From contig NC_089430.1 of the NCBI RefSeq assembly GCF_026210795.1, forward strand, positions 2,790,001 to 2,854,000: 64,000 nt of DNA. The letters are read 5' to 3'. The notes under the pieces were generated by a model. That model made no database searches and was not told the DNA's origin. It was given only the letters and a program-made list of their open reading frames with translations. Positions 25,959-39,115 of the stretch are shown one piece after another. The number at the start of each line of letters is the position of its first letter. Positions within the stretch are counted from its first letter, which is position 1. This DNA comes from Rhizophagus irregularis (Eukaryota). The position numbers and the translations under genes were made by a program.

Positions 25959-26319
25959 AATAACTCCATGGATAGAAAGGGAGGGAAAAAGAGTAGTTAG
26001 TAAAGGATAGCTAGAAGGAACTGCCATTATTGCACTTAATGGCGGGTAGGTATATTTTATGCTTTATTCCTCCCTTGAAACATCCGCTATCTGTTTTATT
26101 TTTTTGTTTTGCATAGCAACCGGTTCTTTTCCTATATATTTATGAAAAATAAAATCCATTTCTTTGTCATAAAAACGTTGTGTGCGTGTTTCGTGTAATA
26201 TTGGTAAAAGTAAATTTTTTAATAATACAATTAAAAAATAAATATAATGATGGCCTATTATACAGATGAAGGTAAATGTTCGGGGCTTTGCGACTAATTT
26301 TCTATGCTGACCTATCTAC

Positions 26320-27680
26320 TGTATCTGATTTTTCCGTAAGATTACCTGATGACCTATGCTTTTTTATCTCCTTCGATTGCTTAACACTTTGTGAATTGTC
26401 CACAGGCTTCTGCGCAGCAACCATACAATATGACCGAGGACCTTTTCCACCTTGATTTGCATATTCTCATTATTATACTCAACATCACCAGTTCCGATAA
26501 CTTAAACGAGGGCTTTCTCTCAGGTATACATTCCATAAGATACCATTTTTCTGCATCAGTTACGATCCCCATACTTTATCCATGTCATATTCGATCTCAT
26601 CAACTTTACGTTTATGACATGTTATGGTTGATTCCATCTGCACAGTAGCTTGCAAAACCCTGTCTAAAGTCATCTCTTATGACCTCAACTAATCCCGCTA
26701 TCCATCCTCCCCGTTGAACAACATTCTATCGCAAAATCGAGGTTTCCTTGCCCGTTATGCCCTACTACAAGCTTTTCAGGTATGATTTTGAAATCATTCT
26801 CGTATAATGATACACCGCTGCTAAGTAACAGTGTGAATAGATAGATTTCGTCGTCTCATATGCTAATGGCAATAAGGTCATCTTTTTACTAAAGTTCAGT
26901 TCGGCTATTAGAAGATTAACCACCACAGTTTTGGACTTATCGCTACTTAGGTCAGCAAAACCACATGAAAAAAATCAATGTCGGGATTAGGGTCATCGCT
27001 ACTAAGACCGTAGAGTTGATACACTTTCAGAAAGGTTCAATTGTCAAATGATTTGAGGGAGTCCCAATAATTACAGTGAACTTAAGGGTCTGGTAGCAGG
27101 TCTTTTTTGTAACTAGTGATCGTAATATCTCTCAGAATGAAGCATTGTTCCTGGGTGAATATCTCCCTCCATTATCCATATGTTGAACACCGCTCCATCA
27201 TTTTCAAGTTGGTTCATCGCACGTATGTATTATTTGAGGTCTCTTGCTCGATATTAACCACCCATTTGTACCTTTACAATGAAGAGCTTAGATAAGTGAT
27301 GATTCGCGAATAAAGTGGAGAAGTTTCTTTACTTTCTGGAATCTGAATATTTTTCCACTACCCATGTTTGCGATCAGACCTTTTCAGAGCAAGAAAAAGT
27401 ATTGATAAATAATATTTCCGAATCTAGAAAGATAGGAAACATATCTGTTTGGTATCGGGTGATGAAGGCACGGGTTTTCTAGTTCTCCATAATTTACACA
27501 TGAATATACCTCTTAGGTAGTTTCCCAGCCCAGTAGTCTCCTATTCCTCTTGTTGCAAGGAGTCCTGAAGTGAGATAGTGCTCAAGAGATCGCGATCATC
27601 AGGGATTTCTTTCTCCTATAACTTGAGCTTGTCTGCAGGAAAATTATCGTACTTTTTTTCGTCTTAATAGCATTCTGACA
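26320..27680 (-). pseudogene. Crinkler (CRN)-REase paralog 1, heavily decayed
   Basis: Fragments ADKLKL*EKEIPDD, IGDYWAGKLPKRYIHV, ENDGAVFN, GQGNLDFAIEC and GIVTDAEKWYLMEC...KPSFKLSE align with 51039..52441. Ends approximate. Confidence 0.8.
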
Positions 27681-27925
27681 AAGAACTACCCTAGCGTTCC
27701 TAAGAAAAAAAAGCAATTTGGTGGCCGGTATTATGCAGAATTATGCACTGTCACGTGAACAGTGCAGGGACTGATTTTACATGGTCACTTAATGCGAAAA
27801 AAGCCATATTGGTATAACTGTGAATGAGGAAACTTTTATATGAAAGTTGCGTAAATTCTCTTTAATAAGTTTAATTAGCCTAATCTATTTTTAGAAACGG
27901 GTAGACTAAGATCAGTCATCCTGCC

Positions 27926-30356
27926 CAGGGACGATGATTTTATGCGGTAATAAATCATGAATTATGTATGCAACAAAAGCCAAATATGCATTTTAAGGAA
28001 TGCGTATTTTTTACAATTATGCATAAATTATGCGCCAAAATTTGTAATTATGTAAAATTATGCGCAGTTTTATTATAGTAAAAACTGAAAATAAATCGTG
28101 TAAATTAAGTTATTATAAATAAAAATATTAGTAAATTGAATTAAAATTTCATTTATTTTATTTAAAAGTGATATTGCATAAATCTAAATTCCCGTTCCCT
28201 AAGTCTTAATTCCTAAATTTTAACACCATTAAAATATATCATATTTAATCTTTTAAGAGAATCTTGAGACAAGTTTTGACGATCACTGTCTAATAGAGAA
28301 TTATACATAGAAAAGCTTCGTTCAATGGTACAACTTGAAATCGGCAACCAGATGTAATCCATTGCGATATTAGAAAGGATTGGCAGTTGTGTTGCCTTAT
28401 CTACCCAATATTGATCCAATTCCATTTCGCCCAAAAGTTCATTGTCTAATCCACAATAAATTCCCCATTCTCGTATTAATTCATCTGATGGATTATCAAA
28501 TTCTTTAATTTTGTTATATTGCCGAATATTTTTTCGTAAAACATCTCCAGAATGAATAAATTTGGGGTCAAATACTTGGCATGCATGGAAAAGTGGCCGA
28601 GCTGGGTGATTAGGAATGTGTGCAGCAAACTTGGCATAAGCTGCCTCAAATGCTGCTCGAAAAATGGAATAGAATTCATGTGTATTAAATCGGAGACTAT
28701 TAATCAAGTTTTCTAAAGAAAGACCAAAATCATCTGAATTCCTATATGTTTCAATATATGCAGTAAGCTGTTGAAGGCGTAATTCTACAAAAGGAAAAAC
28801 TGGTTTTTTTAATTGTTGGAAAAAAATCAAGATCCTGAACAAATTCTTTAGCATAGGAAGTAATGAAATTAAGGTAGATTGTGATTATTCCTAATTCTTG
28901 TTCATTTTCCAAGCAAGAATTAATAGCAGCCAAAGTGTTGTGTTTTTTATCATTATTGAATTCTTCTTTAAAAAAAGAGGGCCAATAGACAATATGATCC
29001 TTTGCATATGAAACCATCCGAAACCAAGAGTTCCATCGTGTTTTGTTATACAAAGGAATTTTGCATGGTGAGAAAATTCCATGCATTTTCAAATAAGCCA
29101 AATATCTACCTCTTCGGGCAGGAGAATTAACGAAAACCTCTTTAATTTTATCCAAAAAAGACTTTAAAATATTAAACTGAGGTAATGTTCTCCACATATC
29201 CCTTTAATTTTTAATATATAGTAGAGGAAAACCAATTTGTTTTTATTAATTAAAACTTTTTCATATTAGATTATATAAATACTTGGAACATGAAAATTAA
29301 AATACAAAATAATTGAAAAAAGAAAAAAAAAATACAAAAATATTAAATGCTATGCCGTGAAATTTGCCCCCTCTTTATAAATAGAAATAAATTATACATA
29401 CCCGATAAGATTTATAATATGTGCACAACATGGCACATGCGTTAATTGAGGCATTAGTGGAGATAGGACTTTACGATGGCATTTTTTCATGTATGCTGCT
29501 GAGTCCGTAAGAAATAGGCGAGGCAAGTTGAAGGATATATTAAAATGAGCAAGAATAGTAGTGAGAAGCTTTGCCCCATTGTGGTATTATTCGCACGTTC
29601 AAGAAAGTCAACCGAAACTAGTTTTGTTTCATTGCGATAACAAAAAATGGTGTTGACAACACTTCGAGCACAGTCATCAGTGGTTTCATCCATAATTATA
29701 GCCACTGGTTTTGAATCAAAAAGTAGTTTAAGTGACTGAAAGTGTTTGTCAAAAACGTTAGGCAAATAATTTTGTCTAAGGGTAGGAGCTTGAGGAATAG
29801 ACCCTCCGTTTTTAATGTATTTTTTAAAAAATGAAAGTAAAGAATTGACCTTTTCAAGAGGAATGTCTGCTGTTGCAAATGCCTCTATAAGGTCTTCAAT
29901 AAGTTGCTTTTTTGCTTCAGCAGCTGCCTGAGTAGATGAAAGAGTAAGTTGTGTATTATTTTGGGTTTTTTCTTGACTTTTTACGTTAGAAATGTGTTTC
30001 TGGCTTTTACAATGATTATCTACAGTAGATTTACGCTTCCAATCTACAGAAATGTTGCAATAATTGCAAAAAAGAATGCTGTCATCAACTCGGAAAATAT
30101 CTTTATATTCATTACATCTGGTATGAACTGATGCAGTTTTTGGTTTTTTTGACATTGCGAAAGAAAAAAAAGATCGAATTATCGAAATGATAATCCGTAG
30201 TAAATTTTATACTGCGGATAACTGCGGATTATGCATTCTGATATGTGATAAATTAAATTATGTGATTTTATGACGCGATCAACTTAAATTATGCATTTAT
30301 TGCATAATTATGCGTTTAATGTGATATTATGTGATAGCATAAAATCATCGTCCCTG
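27926..30356 (-). mobile_element. Full-length hAT transposon (2431 bp)
   Basis: Perfect 20-bp TIRs CAGGGACGATGATTTTATGC. Perfect 8-bp TSD ATCCTGCC (27918-27925, 30357-30364). ATTATGC subterminal repeats and an internal transposase. Confidence 0.97.
28213..30155 (-). pseudogene. hAT transposase (CGGBP1/BED-like Zn finger, DDE core, dimerisation domain), two apparent frameshifts
   Basis: LFCNYCN...DNHCKSQKH, IMDETTD, VPCCAHI, KTRWNSW, YW...LPILSNIAMDYIWLPISSCTIERSFS. One intron at ~29400-29202. Frameshifts near 29570 and 28820. Confidence 0.9.
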
Positions 30357-30774
30357 ATCCTGCCCCCGCTTTTAAAAATAGATTTTATTTGTCACCACCA
30401 TCAACACCCTTCGCGTTTCCGTAATCTATAAGTATCTGGAGGACTTAGTTTTTTTCGTTATTAGTCAAAATCCTATTTGTCACACTCTTAGTCATCACTG
30501 TGTTGTTTCCACGGTCACGTGTTGAGACGTGTTAGGACGTGTTTAAATAGTAAAATCTATTTTTAGAAGCAGGGGCGGGATGACTGCTCGTAGACTAATA
30601 GTCTAATCAGACTTTGCTATACCTTATAAAGGATAATGCGGATATTCATATGATATTTAATGAGGTGGAAATCTGTGGAATGTAATAATAATGTAATTAT
30701 TCCCATTATAAGAAGTATTTATTTGTCATGCTTTCATGCTTTTTTTAGTTATATTAAAAATATTAAAAATAGTT

Positions 30775-31943
30775 ATGGAAGTACTTGAAACTCCTGTCGG
30801 AAAGAGGACAATTGTTAAGAATATTATACAAGACATTCCTAGAACCTTACAGGTATAGTTCATATAGTATGCCATTTTTAAGCAAATACGCATTTAAATT
30901 TTCTGGCACTCCAGATACCACAGGCAGACCTTTTTACAAAAGGCCAGAAAACCGAATTATTTGACGATAACTTTAGATGGAGCGAAAATTGCACTGAGCA
31001 CAGTCTGGGATGCCCTCTGTCTGTATTACACGATCAATATCGAACCAATTATAAGAACTTTGAGATTCCTCGAGGAACAGATAAATTTTCTCTTTCAATA
31101 CCAGAAACAATTAGCGAAATGGGTAGTACTCTTGGAGACAGAATCTCATCGAACGCCATATGTGATCAATGTGATGTGGAAGTCCAAGCAGCAGAAGATC
31201 ATCAATTATTCATTTGGGGTGTCACTAATAGGTTACTTCAAATCCAAACAAGCTTTAGCAGAGATGCAACAAAACTTCGACCTAGAGCACAAACATCTTC
31301 TCCCACGGGACGAGGAAAAGAATGTGATTCAGAAAAAAGAGGGCTAGGACTTCGGCAATTGTGCCGAGAACAACCCATTGGCACATTTAGCACACTGAAA
31401 ACAAAACTTACCAATCTGACTTCATTCGATTTCAACGAAAGAGCAGAAAGTCAAGCCACCTTGCGCAAATTGTCTTGTGACCTTGAAGCACAATACTCTC
31501 ACGATGTTCCCTCACTTCTTAATATATTAAAAAGTTTTTATCCTTTTAATGAAACAAGCGGTGATGTCTTAGAGGATTATGAAATTAATGATTTCTTCAA
31601 GCTATATGATATTTCTAATGTTCGTCCCATCCTTGCAAGTAATGATAATTATGTCTTTTGGTTAGAAGATCCTGCTGGTATTATCTATATGTGGTCTCGT
31701 GTAGAATGGTCCATGTCATATTTAGGACGTGAATTAAGAGAAGCTTTAGTAAACTACCTTTTTCACCAAGATAATATTTGTTATGTCGTTGAGTTCACTC
31801 ATGAAATTATACCAAAGAATGAAATCAAACAACAAGCTAAAGAATTAGCAGATTCATGCGAGCCTATCGATATTGACGATATTGAGTGGAAAGTAACTAG
31901 AGAGTCTCTTAATCCAATAAAAAGAAATGAAAAAAAGGAATAA
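30775..31943 (+). CDS. Intact 2-exon protein (~368 aa) with a C-terminal SUKH/US22-like domain
   Basis: Exon 1 is 30775-30852, the GT-AG intron is 30853-30914, and exon 2 (30915-31943) is open and in frame with the 31119 ORF. VRPILASNDNYVFWLEDPAGIIYMWSRVEWSMSYLGRELREAL fits the SUKH/US22 pattern hhhhD..G.hY.h....h..hG.sh.Eh (domain call by eye). Confidence 0.7.
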
Positions 31944-32743
31944 AGAAGGGAAAGAATAAGGGAAAAAAGAAGAAAAAAAAGCACTAGCACTTTTGCTAGG
32001 CATCCGAATTTCATTCTATTCAATGAAAATTTTTTTCTTCGGGTCAAGCAGAATGTGTAAATAATTTCTTTTATGTAATTTCGCTTTTAACATCAATTAT
32101 TCTATAATTGTACAATATCTATCTTTGTCATTTAATATCCAATTAGTTTATGCATATGTATATTTGTAATAACAAAATTTTATAATAATAAAAACATGAA
32201 CATTTAACTGCAAATTTAATTTAACGATCAATGAACATGTCCTTTTTATTTCTTCGTCTATAAATTCTCCCATCCACTTTCCACTCGAGAGCCTTCTAAT
32301 CCAGACCCTTCTACCCATTTTCCTATCTTTTAAAAATGCTATATTTTATGGTTCATGAGCAGGTGAGGGGAAATGAACACATTCTCTGATAAGGAAGACT
32401 GAAAACTTACAGTCGATTAATATATGACATGTTTATCGACCGTTAAAAATATTAGTGTAAATATTTACTCAGTTAATATATGTAAGGAATTGTTCAATGT
32501 TCAAAGAATTTTCAGAAGGAAAAATGCCGAGAAAATTTTTATTAATACAGGCAGGAGGGTAAAAAATAAATACAATGGTTCGGGACGCATCCCATTATAT
32601 AGGTGATGGAAGTGAAACGAGTAAGAAATAAAATAAATACAAATTCTCAAGACTTTGCCCGTAATACATGATTAATTTTCTATCCTAAGACTTAACGACA
32701 GTATCTGATTTTTCCTTAAGGTTCCCCGATGACCTAAACTTTT

Positions 32744-34353
32744 TTATTGCCCTCTCTTCACTTTGTGAAGCTGAATCTGGCTTTTGTACCTCCATGCAAT
32801 ATGTTCGAGAACTCTTTCAACATTACCTCCCATGTTTTCACTATCATATACAACGGTTACCGGCTTCAATAGTTTGAATCTTAGCCTGTCCTGATCATCG
32901 AGCAAACATTTCATAAAATACCATTCTTTTGCGTCTGTGATCCCAAAAGTCCTACTCGTAAACACACTTTCCTCCTCCATCTCGTTTGCCTTACGTTTGC
33001 GGTTCGATAATGCGGACTCGAACTGTATAGCATTCTGGGCAATACCCTTGAAAATATCTTTGTCCTTTACTTTTGTTACGCCAAAGTTTTCGCAGCTTGG
33101 AGTAAGTTTATTGCGAAATCAGCTGATCTGTGTCTATTGGGTCCGGTGATGTTTTTTTCTGGTTGAAGCTCGAACTTTCCCTCGTATAGATTTATCCCAG
33201 AAACAAGGTATGAACAAACATATTGTGATTTTGATGCTTCATTCCCGCTGATTGGAATAGCCTTGAGACGGGCGTTCAACTTCGCAGTAAGATGTTTAAG
33301 TATTGCCTTGGAAGAATCCTCTTTCAGTTCTTTATACTCGCAAGTGAAAGGCGGGAACACTGATAACGAAGGATCATCTGACTCGCCAAGACTATAAAGC
33401 TGGCATACCTTCGGAAATGACTAATCTGAAAATGGTTTTGATGGCGTCTCAATAAATACGGTGAACTTGAGGTTGTTCTTTGACACGAATACGTGGAGCA
33501 TCTCACAAAGACCCTGATCGTTTCAAGGAGAGAATTTTCCACCATCATTTAACATGCTAAGTTCTGCTCCACCATTATCAAGTGCTGGCGTCTTGCGCAC
33601 TCCACGTATATGTTCTTTGAGGCCATCAAGGGTCACGTGTTTGATATTTACGGTCCACTTGAAGCACTTCATCCATTTCAGACTAACTAAGACATCGAAC
33701 GCTGTAATGCGATAACCGGGTTAGTAAAATTTTCTGGGATGAGGCGTCTCAGAGATTTCTTGGCAGAATCTTACAGACTTGTTGAGTAGTGCATGTAATG
33801 CACTGAGTTCGTCGAGTAATTCCTGTTCGCAGCTCTCGAGGTAGGTAGTTTGACTAGGACGTAAATATGTTTCTTGGGTGGCTTTTTGGTCCAGTAGTCT
33901 CCAATTTCGTTTATTGCGGACAGCTCATCACTGCCATTGAGTTTGAGATTCTTCAACTGATTGTTAAGGTGATCACCACCAATTTCTACCTTCCATAGCT
34001 GAATGTCCTTGGCGTCAACGCTAGCAAAAGTTTGCGGGTTATCTGCCTTTATAGCCTTCTTAAGGTTCCCAACAAGCTGGTATGGACAGGGAAAGCGTTC
34101 ACGAGTGTCTTTTCTTGGGTACGACGGAAACATGTCATGTATAGAAGCCTATGTATGTCTGTATAGTGATCAACGTATGGTATGTATGGTCATTTTTACC
34201 ATACTGTAGAGTGGGGTGGTGTATACTGTAGGGTGATGTATACCGGACATTGCCATACATTGACCACTATACGTACATACATAGCTCACCGTACGCTACA
34301 TGTTTTCTATATAATCTGTTTTCTTTGACGAGACAGAGTAACGTGACTGACAT
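32744..34353 (-). pseudogene. Crinkler (CRN)-REase paralog 2, MITE-interrupted and frameshifted
   Basis: MSVTLLCLVKEN|TLVNAFPVH after MITE removal. LKKAIK, IQLWKVEI and KKHIYVLVKLP are CRN LWK and HVLV motifs. The C-terminal ADFAI...KVK...AQNAIQ and FGITDAKEWYF are REase-like. Confidence 0.9.
34117..34316. mobile_element. Mutator-type MITE (200 bp), same TIR family as 45643..50949
   Basis: 9-bp TSD TCTTTTCTT / TGTTTTCTT (34108-34116, 34317-34325). Its ends match GATTATATAGAAAA.ATGT...CGTACGGTGA of the large element. Excision restores the CRN frame. Confidence 0.88.
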
Positions 34354-34735
34354 TTTTGAGTTTTATACTGTTTTTGCGAAATGTTATTGGTTAAACGGCC
34401 ATATACGAGGATAAGTGTGAAAAAATTTTATTGTGAAAAAGTATGACGCATTATTATGAGATGATCTTACCACTCCACCTCGAATGCAGATCATTTTGAT
34501 CGGCATTCTGAATTTCCTTTTATGTTATACTTTCCGAGCACTATTTCTAGATATTGAACAATATACATCAATTATACAGAAAAAAATATAACTGATAAAA
34601 AAAAAAAACTAGAAAAAAAAAAATAATAAAAATATTAATTTTATTACAATTTTTTTAAAGACTGCACTTTTTATTAACAAAAGCAATACAAGATTTTGAC
34701 AAAGACTTAGTATATACAACTATTATTAAAATGTT

Positions 34736-37630
34736 TTGTTAGAATCTTTACGCTGCTGTTTTTTAAAAGGTGAAATTGGACATAAATCACCAGTATTTTC
34801 TATTTTCCTTTTATTTCTAGTTCCATTTTTTTCTTTCCAACCGTTAAAAGCAATATTCTTTTATTCAACTAAGTTTAGTTGGTTTAATAACGTAGTTATT
34901 TCTTCAGCTATATTCTCTGTATCAGAATCAACCTCAGTTGGTCTATTATGAGTAAGTCTATTCATGCTTTTTTCAACTGTAGCTAAGTCATTCAAAATTC
35001 AAATCAGCAAGAAGATTTGATATTGAAGTAATATATTCTTGCTTTCAAATAGATATTGAATGTTTTGTATTTAAATCAAGAGGAGTAAGAGGAGTAGTTT
35101 CAGTTGATAAAGGTGTAGTTTCAATAGAAGTAGCTGTTTTGTCTCTGTTATTAGAAGTTATATTATCTGTAAATTGATATTTTTAATTAATTAAATAAAT
35201 GATTGATGAATTTATAATAAATAATAATTAAAACTAATTCACCTTCTAATGTATTATTATCATCTCTATGTACATCTTGTAATTTTTGTTCAAATAATAG
35301 TAATTCTTTTGTTTGATCTTTATCTTTATTTAAAAGTCTAAGGGCTTCTTCTTGTGATGGAAGTGTAATTAATGGTAGTTGGTTGTACTGTAAATTAGAA
35401 TAATATGTATTTTGAGAAAGCTGTGATCTAAGCCAATTAATCCATATTGTAGCAGTATGAATAGCACCACTTCTAGATAAAAAATCAAGACATTAACAAT
35501 AAATATTAGGTAATAAAGTTACTATATAAATTTGCTGTTCAATCTGATTTGATCCACTTGATTTAATCCATAATGCTGTAATGATAATAAATCTTTTGAA
35601 TACTCAATATTAATTATTTTTTTTTCTTTTATAATAACTTGAGCTTTTTGATCATGTAATTTGTCTGGTATAAATAAGCTACTTGTTTAAATACTTGTAA
35701 ATTTTGATCAGATTTTTTTGATTTGAAAGTGTAATAGGTAAATCTTGTATCTAGCGCTATATCTAATCTTTTATAAGATCTATATGTAATAAAAGATTTG
35801 GCGTAATACATTTGATAAGTAATACACTCAAAATATCCAGTCTTAGTAAATTCCTTCCATTTTTAAATCTATCTAACTGATGAGTTTTTAACTGATTATT
35901 AAAAGCTTCAAAATAATTATTTGGAATAGAATCAACAGTCATGTTTAAAATATTTGCAGCAATTAATTTATCATAATATGTTCAGCCAAGTTCTATATTA
36001 CCAATCCAATGTTCTTTAAAATACTTGATAAATTCCAAAGCACCATTAATAATAGATATAATTTTAGAATTTGCATTATTATGGTATTATTGTTGTAAAG
36101 TGTTCTATTAAATAAATGGATAAATTATTATTATATATATGAAAAAAAAAATTAATTTTAAAAAATATATTCATACTAACAAGTACTGCTCCATATAAGA
36201 AAGAATATTAGTTATTTCATTATAATTTTGTGCAATTTTAATTTTAAGAGCAATTAATTAAATTATAATATAATTAGAAATTATAAAGTTGAATTTTCAT
36301 TAATTACTACTGTAATTGCTAAATCTGTGATCCAAAAGTACATACCTTTTAATATTATTATATAAATATTCTTTCATGTCTTTTTGATAAGAAACAATAT
36401 CATAACCACTATGACTACCTAAAACTTGTTTTATTTTATTTTCCCAGCATTGAATAATATGAAATTCACATAATAAAAAGTAAATATGTGGCCAAATTTC
36501 CAGTAATGCTAATCTTTTTTTATGGTCAGTATCAGTTATAACTATCTAATTAATATAAATTTAATTAATATTACAAATAAATAACAAAAAAATACAGCAA
36601 ATAATACTTACTTTTGGAAGAAATTTTCAATAGATATTTTGTCTTTATATTGCTTTAATAATTCTTTTAAAATTGCATAATTATAAGAACTACTAGCTTT
36701 TTGTACTCCACTAGCTGCAGAAAATAACAAATATCTTATTGGAATTCCTTTATTATTTTGATTTACTACTAAAAGTACAAATAATAAAACTTTTTTATTA
36801 GAAAATCCAAAAGTTCTATCAAAGTGTATAATACCATTATAACCATATTTCCAAGTTAATTTTCTTTGTTCTGGAGTTGCTAAAACTAATATTAATCTGT
36901 CATTATTAGATTGTTTAGGTTTATAATAAACAGCATCAGGAAATTTGTTTAGGCGTAATTTAGTGTAATATTTCGGAGGTGGTGTAAAATTTCAAAATAT
37001 TACACTAAAAACGTAATATTACAAAAGTTTACGCTTTTAAATTTGAATAATTATAGTAATTTAAGAATATCTTGCTATCTACTGATCCAATCAAGACGAT
37101 CTATAGCTCATTAGAATCAGCTCATCAAAACGAATCGAATGGTAGTAAATTCGCATTTCTACAGTTGACAGAACGCTCTATAGTATGCAATAAAGTTTTA
37201 AATTAATAGACAGTCATCTATCAAATGTAAAAATACGATTTTACTACCATTCGATTCGTCTTAATGAGCTGATTCCAATGAGCTATAGATCGTCTTGATT
37301 GGATCAGTAGATAGCAAGATATTCTTAAATTACTATAATTATTCAAATTTAAGAACGTAAACTTTTGTAATATTACATTTTTAGTGTAATATTTTGAAAT
37401 TTTACACTACCTCCGAAATATTACACTAAATTACACCTAAACAAATTTCCTGATGAGTAGAAGCTTTAATTACTTCATCATCATTAACTTCAAAAATTTG
37501 ATGAATATTTTTCTCAACACTATTTCTAATATCTATATTCAAAACATCTTTTGTTATTGAATTCCTAAAGTTGATAATATCTTGATTAGTTAATAAAAAT
37601 CTTTCATTATCTATTAAAACATTTTCCTCC
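34736..37630 (-). pseudogene. Mutator-like (MULE) transposase relic, 5'-truncated, with introns
   Basis: IIHFDRTFG, NKGIPIRY, VITDTD, LLCEFHIIQCW (CxxH) and PNNYFEAFNNQLK. Several stops. Interrupted by the foldback element at 36934. Confidence 0.8.
36934..37455. mobile_element. Foldback element (522 bp), CA...TG ends, 2-bp TSD (CMC/EnSpm-like)
   Basis: Arms of ~240 bp are near-perfect inverted repeats beginning CATCAGGAAATTTGTTTAGG. AG is duplicated at 36932-33 and 37456-57. Removing the element plus 2 bp restores the host frame IKASTVYYKPKQ. Confidence 0.92.
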
Positions 37631-37659
37631 TAAATTTAATTCTATAAACTTCATATTGT

Positions 37660-38266
37660 AATTAAAAAATGTTGGATTTGACATTTTTTCATTAAAAGAA
37701 ATAAAAAAACATTTCTTTAATTAAAAAATGTCAGGTTCAGCATTTTTTCATTAAAAGAAATAAAAGAAACGTTTCTTTAATTAAAAAATGTTAGGTTTAG
37801 CATTTCTTTATTAAAAGAAATAAAAAAACATTTCTTTAATTAAAAAACGTTAAACCTAATGTTTTTTATTAAAAGAAATAAAAAAAAATCGTTTCTTTAA
37901 TTTAAAAATGTTGAATCTGAGTACCTGACATTTTTCATTAAAAAAAATAAAAAAATGGTTTTTTTTAAAAAATCAACAAGTCAAATCAGATACCCGACCT
38001 GACCTAATATAAAAAACGGTTTGGCATAATAAAAAGTGCTGAAACATACTTTTTCATAAAATAATTGTAAAAAAAAAATGTTCAGCGTTTTTTTCTTATA
38101 ATTTGATATATAAATAACACTGAAATGTTTTTTTAACCCAAAATATATCAGGTCAACAGATTAGATCAGATACCCGAACTGACCTGTAATATTTGGATCA
38201 GGTTACCAAATTCATGACTTGTCTCAGATCAGGTCAAGTCAATTATCTGACCCATTCAGAGCTCTA
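37660..38266. mobile_element. One-ended non-autonomous hAT-like element with ~60-bp tandem repeats
   Basis: Ends in CCATTCAGAGCTCTA, like the right end of 55049..55537, and has GACCTGAC subterminal motifs. About five ~60-bp units (TTAAAAAATG...ATTAAAAGAAATAAAA) at 37660-37970. Left TIR not found. Confidence 0.7.
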
Positions 38267-38289
38267 ATTGTATACATGTTCCTAAATAT

Positions 38290-38713
38290 AATTCATTTAG
38301 ATTTTAGAGAAAGTATGAAATCTGAGTCTATTGGTAAAGTTCTAAAGCTAATAGCAAAATCATATTCTAATTTGAACTATCTCAATATATCCGCTTTATG
38401 TAGTAGTTTTGCAGAAAATAATAAAGGCCTATGTGCAATTGTAAATTCATACCATAAATTAGAATGTCTAAATATTTCTAAATGCATAGAGTTTTCTGAA
38501 ACATCAATTTGTAATATTATTCACTTTTGCTTAAGGCTTCAGCATCTCAGCCTTAGCTTTTGTAAAATTACCAATATAACTATTAAAGAAATTGCTGGTT
38601 CATGTTTTAATTTAAAGTATTTCAATTTGGAAGGATGTAGTAATATCAGTAAAAAAGCCGTAGATCAGCTTATTTCTTTCAATTCAAATATCTATGTCAA
38701 AAATTTATGCTAA
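38290..38713 (+). pseudogene. Cys-containing leucine-rich-repeat (F-box/LRR-type) fragment
   Basis: [28 protein letters not shown] and LKYFNLEGC repeats. The 5' part of the 38219 ORF is transposon sequence, so the true start is missing. Confidence 0.75.
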
Positions 38714-39115
38714 TTCAGGTATCTTCCTAAATAATAGAGTTTTAAATATGATTCATGAACTCGCAAGACATCTGGAAATACCACATAAAGTCATATCATG
38801 AAAATATTTCATTCTAAACTTTGAAATCTGATAAAATCTCTAAGATAGATTCATTTTCTCCAGATAGGGGTATAGTAGCTATATTTGAAGATATATGTAC
38901 TGATCCAAAGAAAGTGCAAGAGAAAATTATTTCTTATTTCGTTAAAGAACACCATTACAATACTATTACAATGTTAGTTTGATATATGTATCACAGAGTT
39001 ACTTCAACTGTCCAAAAATAATATAAAAAAATCTCACACATGTCTGCCTATTTAATGGGTCTTGTACTACAGATGAGCTGAGCAGAATCATACATCAATA
39101 TGCTAATAACTGGTA

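Larger units (their letters stand above)
27910..30589. mobile_element. Mutator-type MITE (~241 bp) split by a hAT insertion
   Basis: After removing the hAT, the ~39-bp TIRs read GATCAGTCATCCTGCCCCCGCTTTTAAAAATAGATTTTA versus rc GAGCAGTCATCCCGCCCCTGCTTCTAAAAATAGATTTTA. Perfect 9-bp TSD GTAGACTAA (27901-27909, 30590-30598). Confidence 0.9.
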
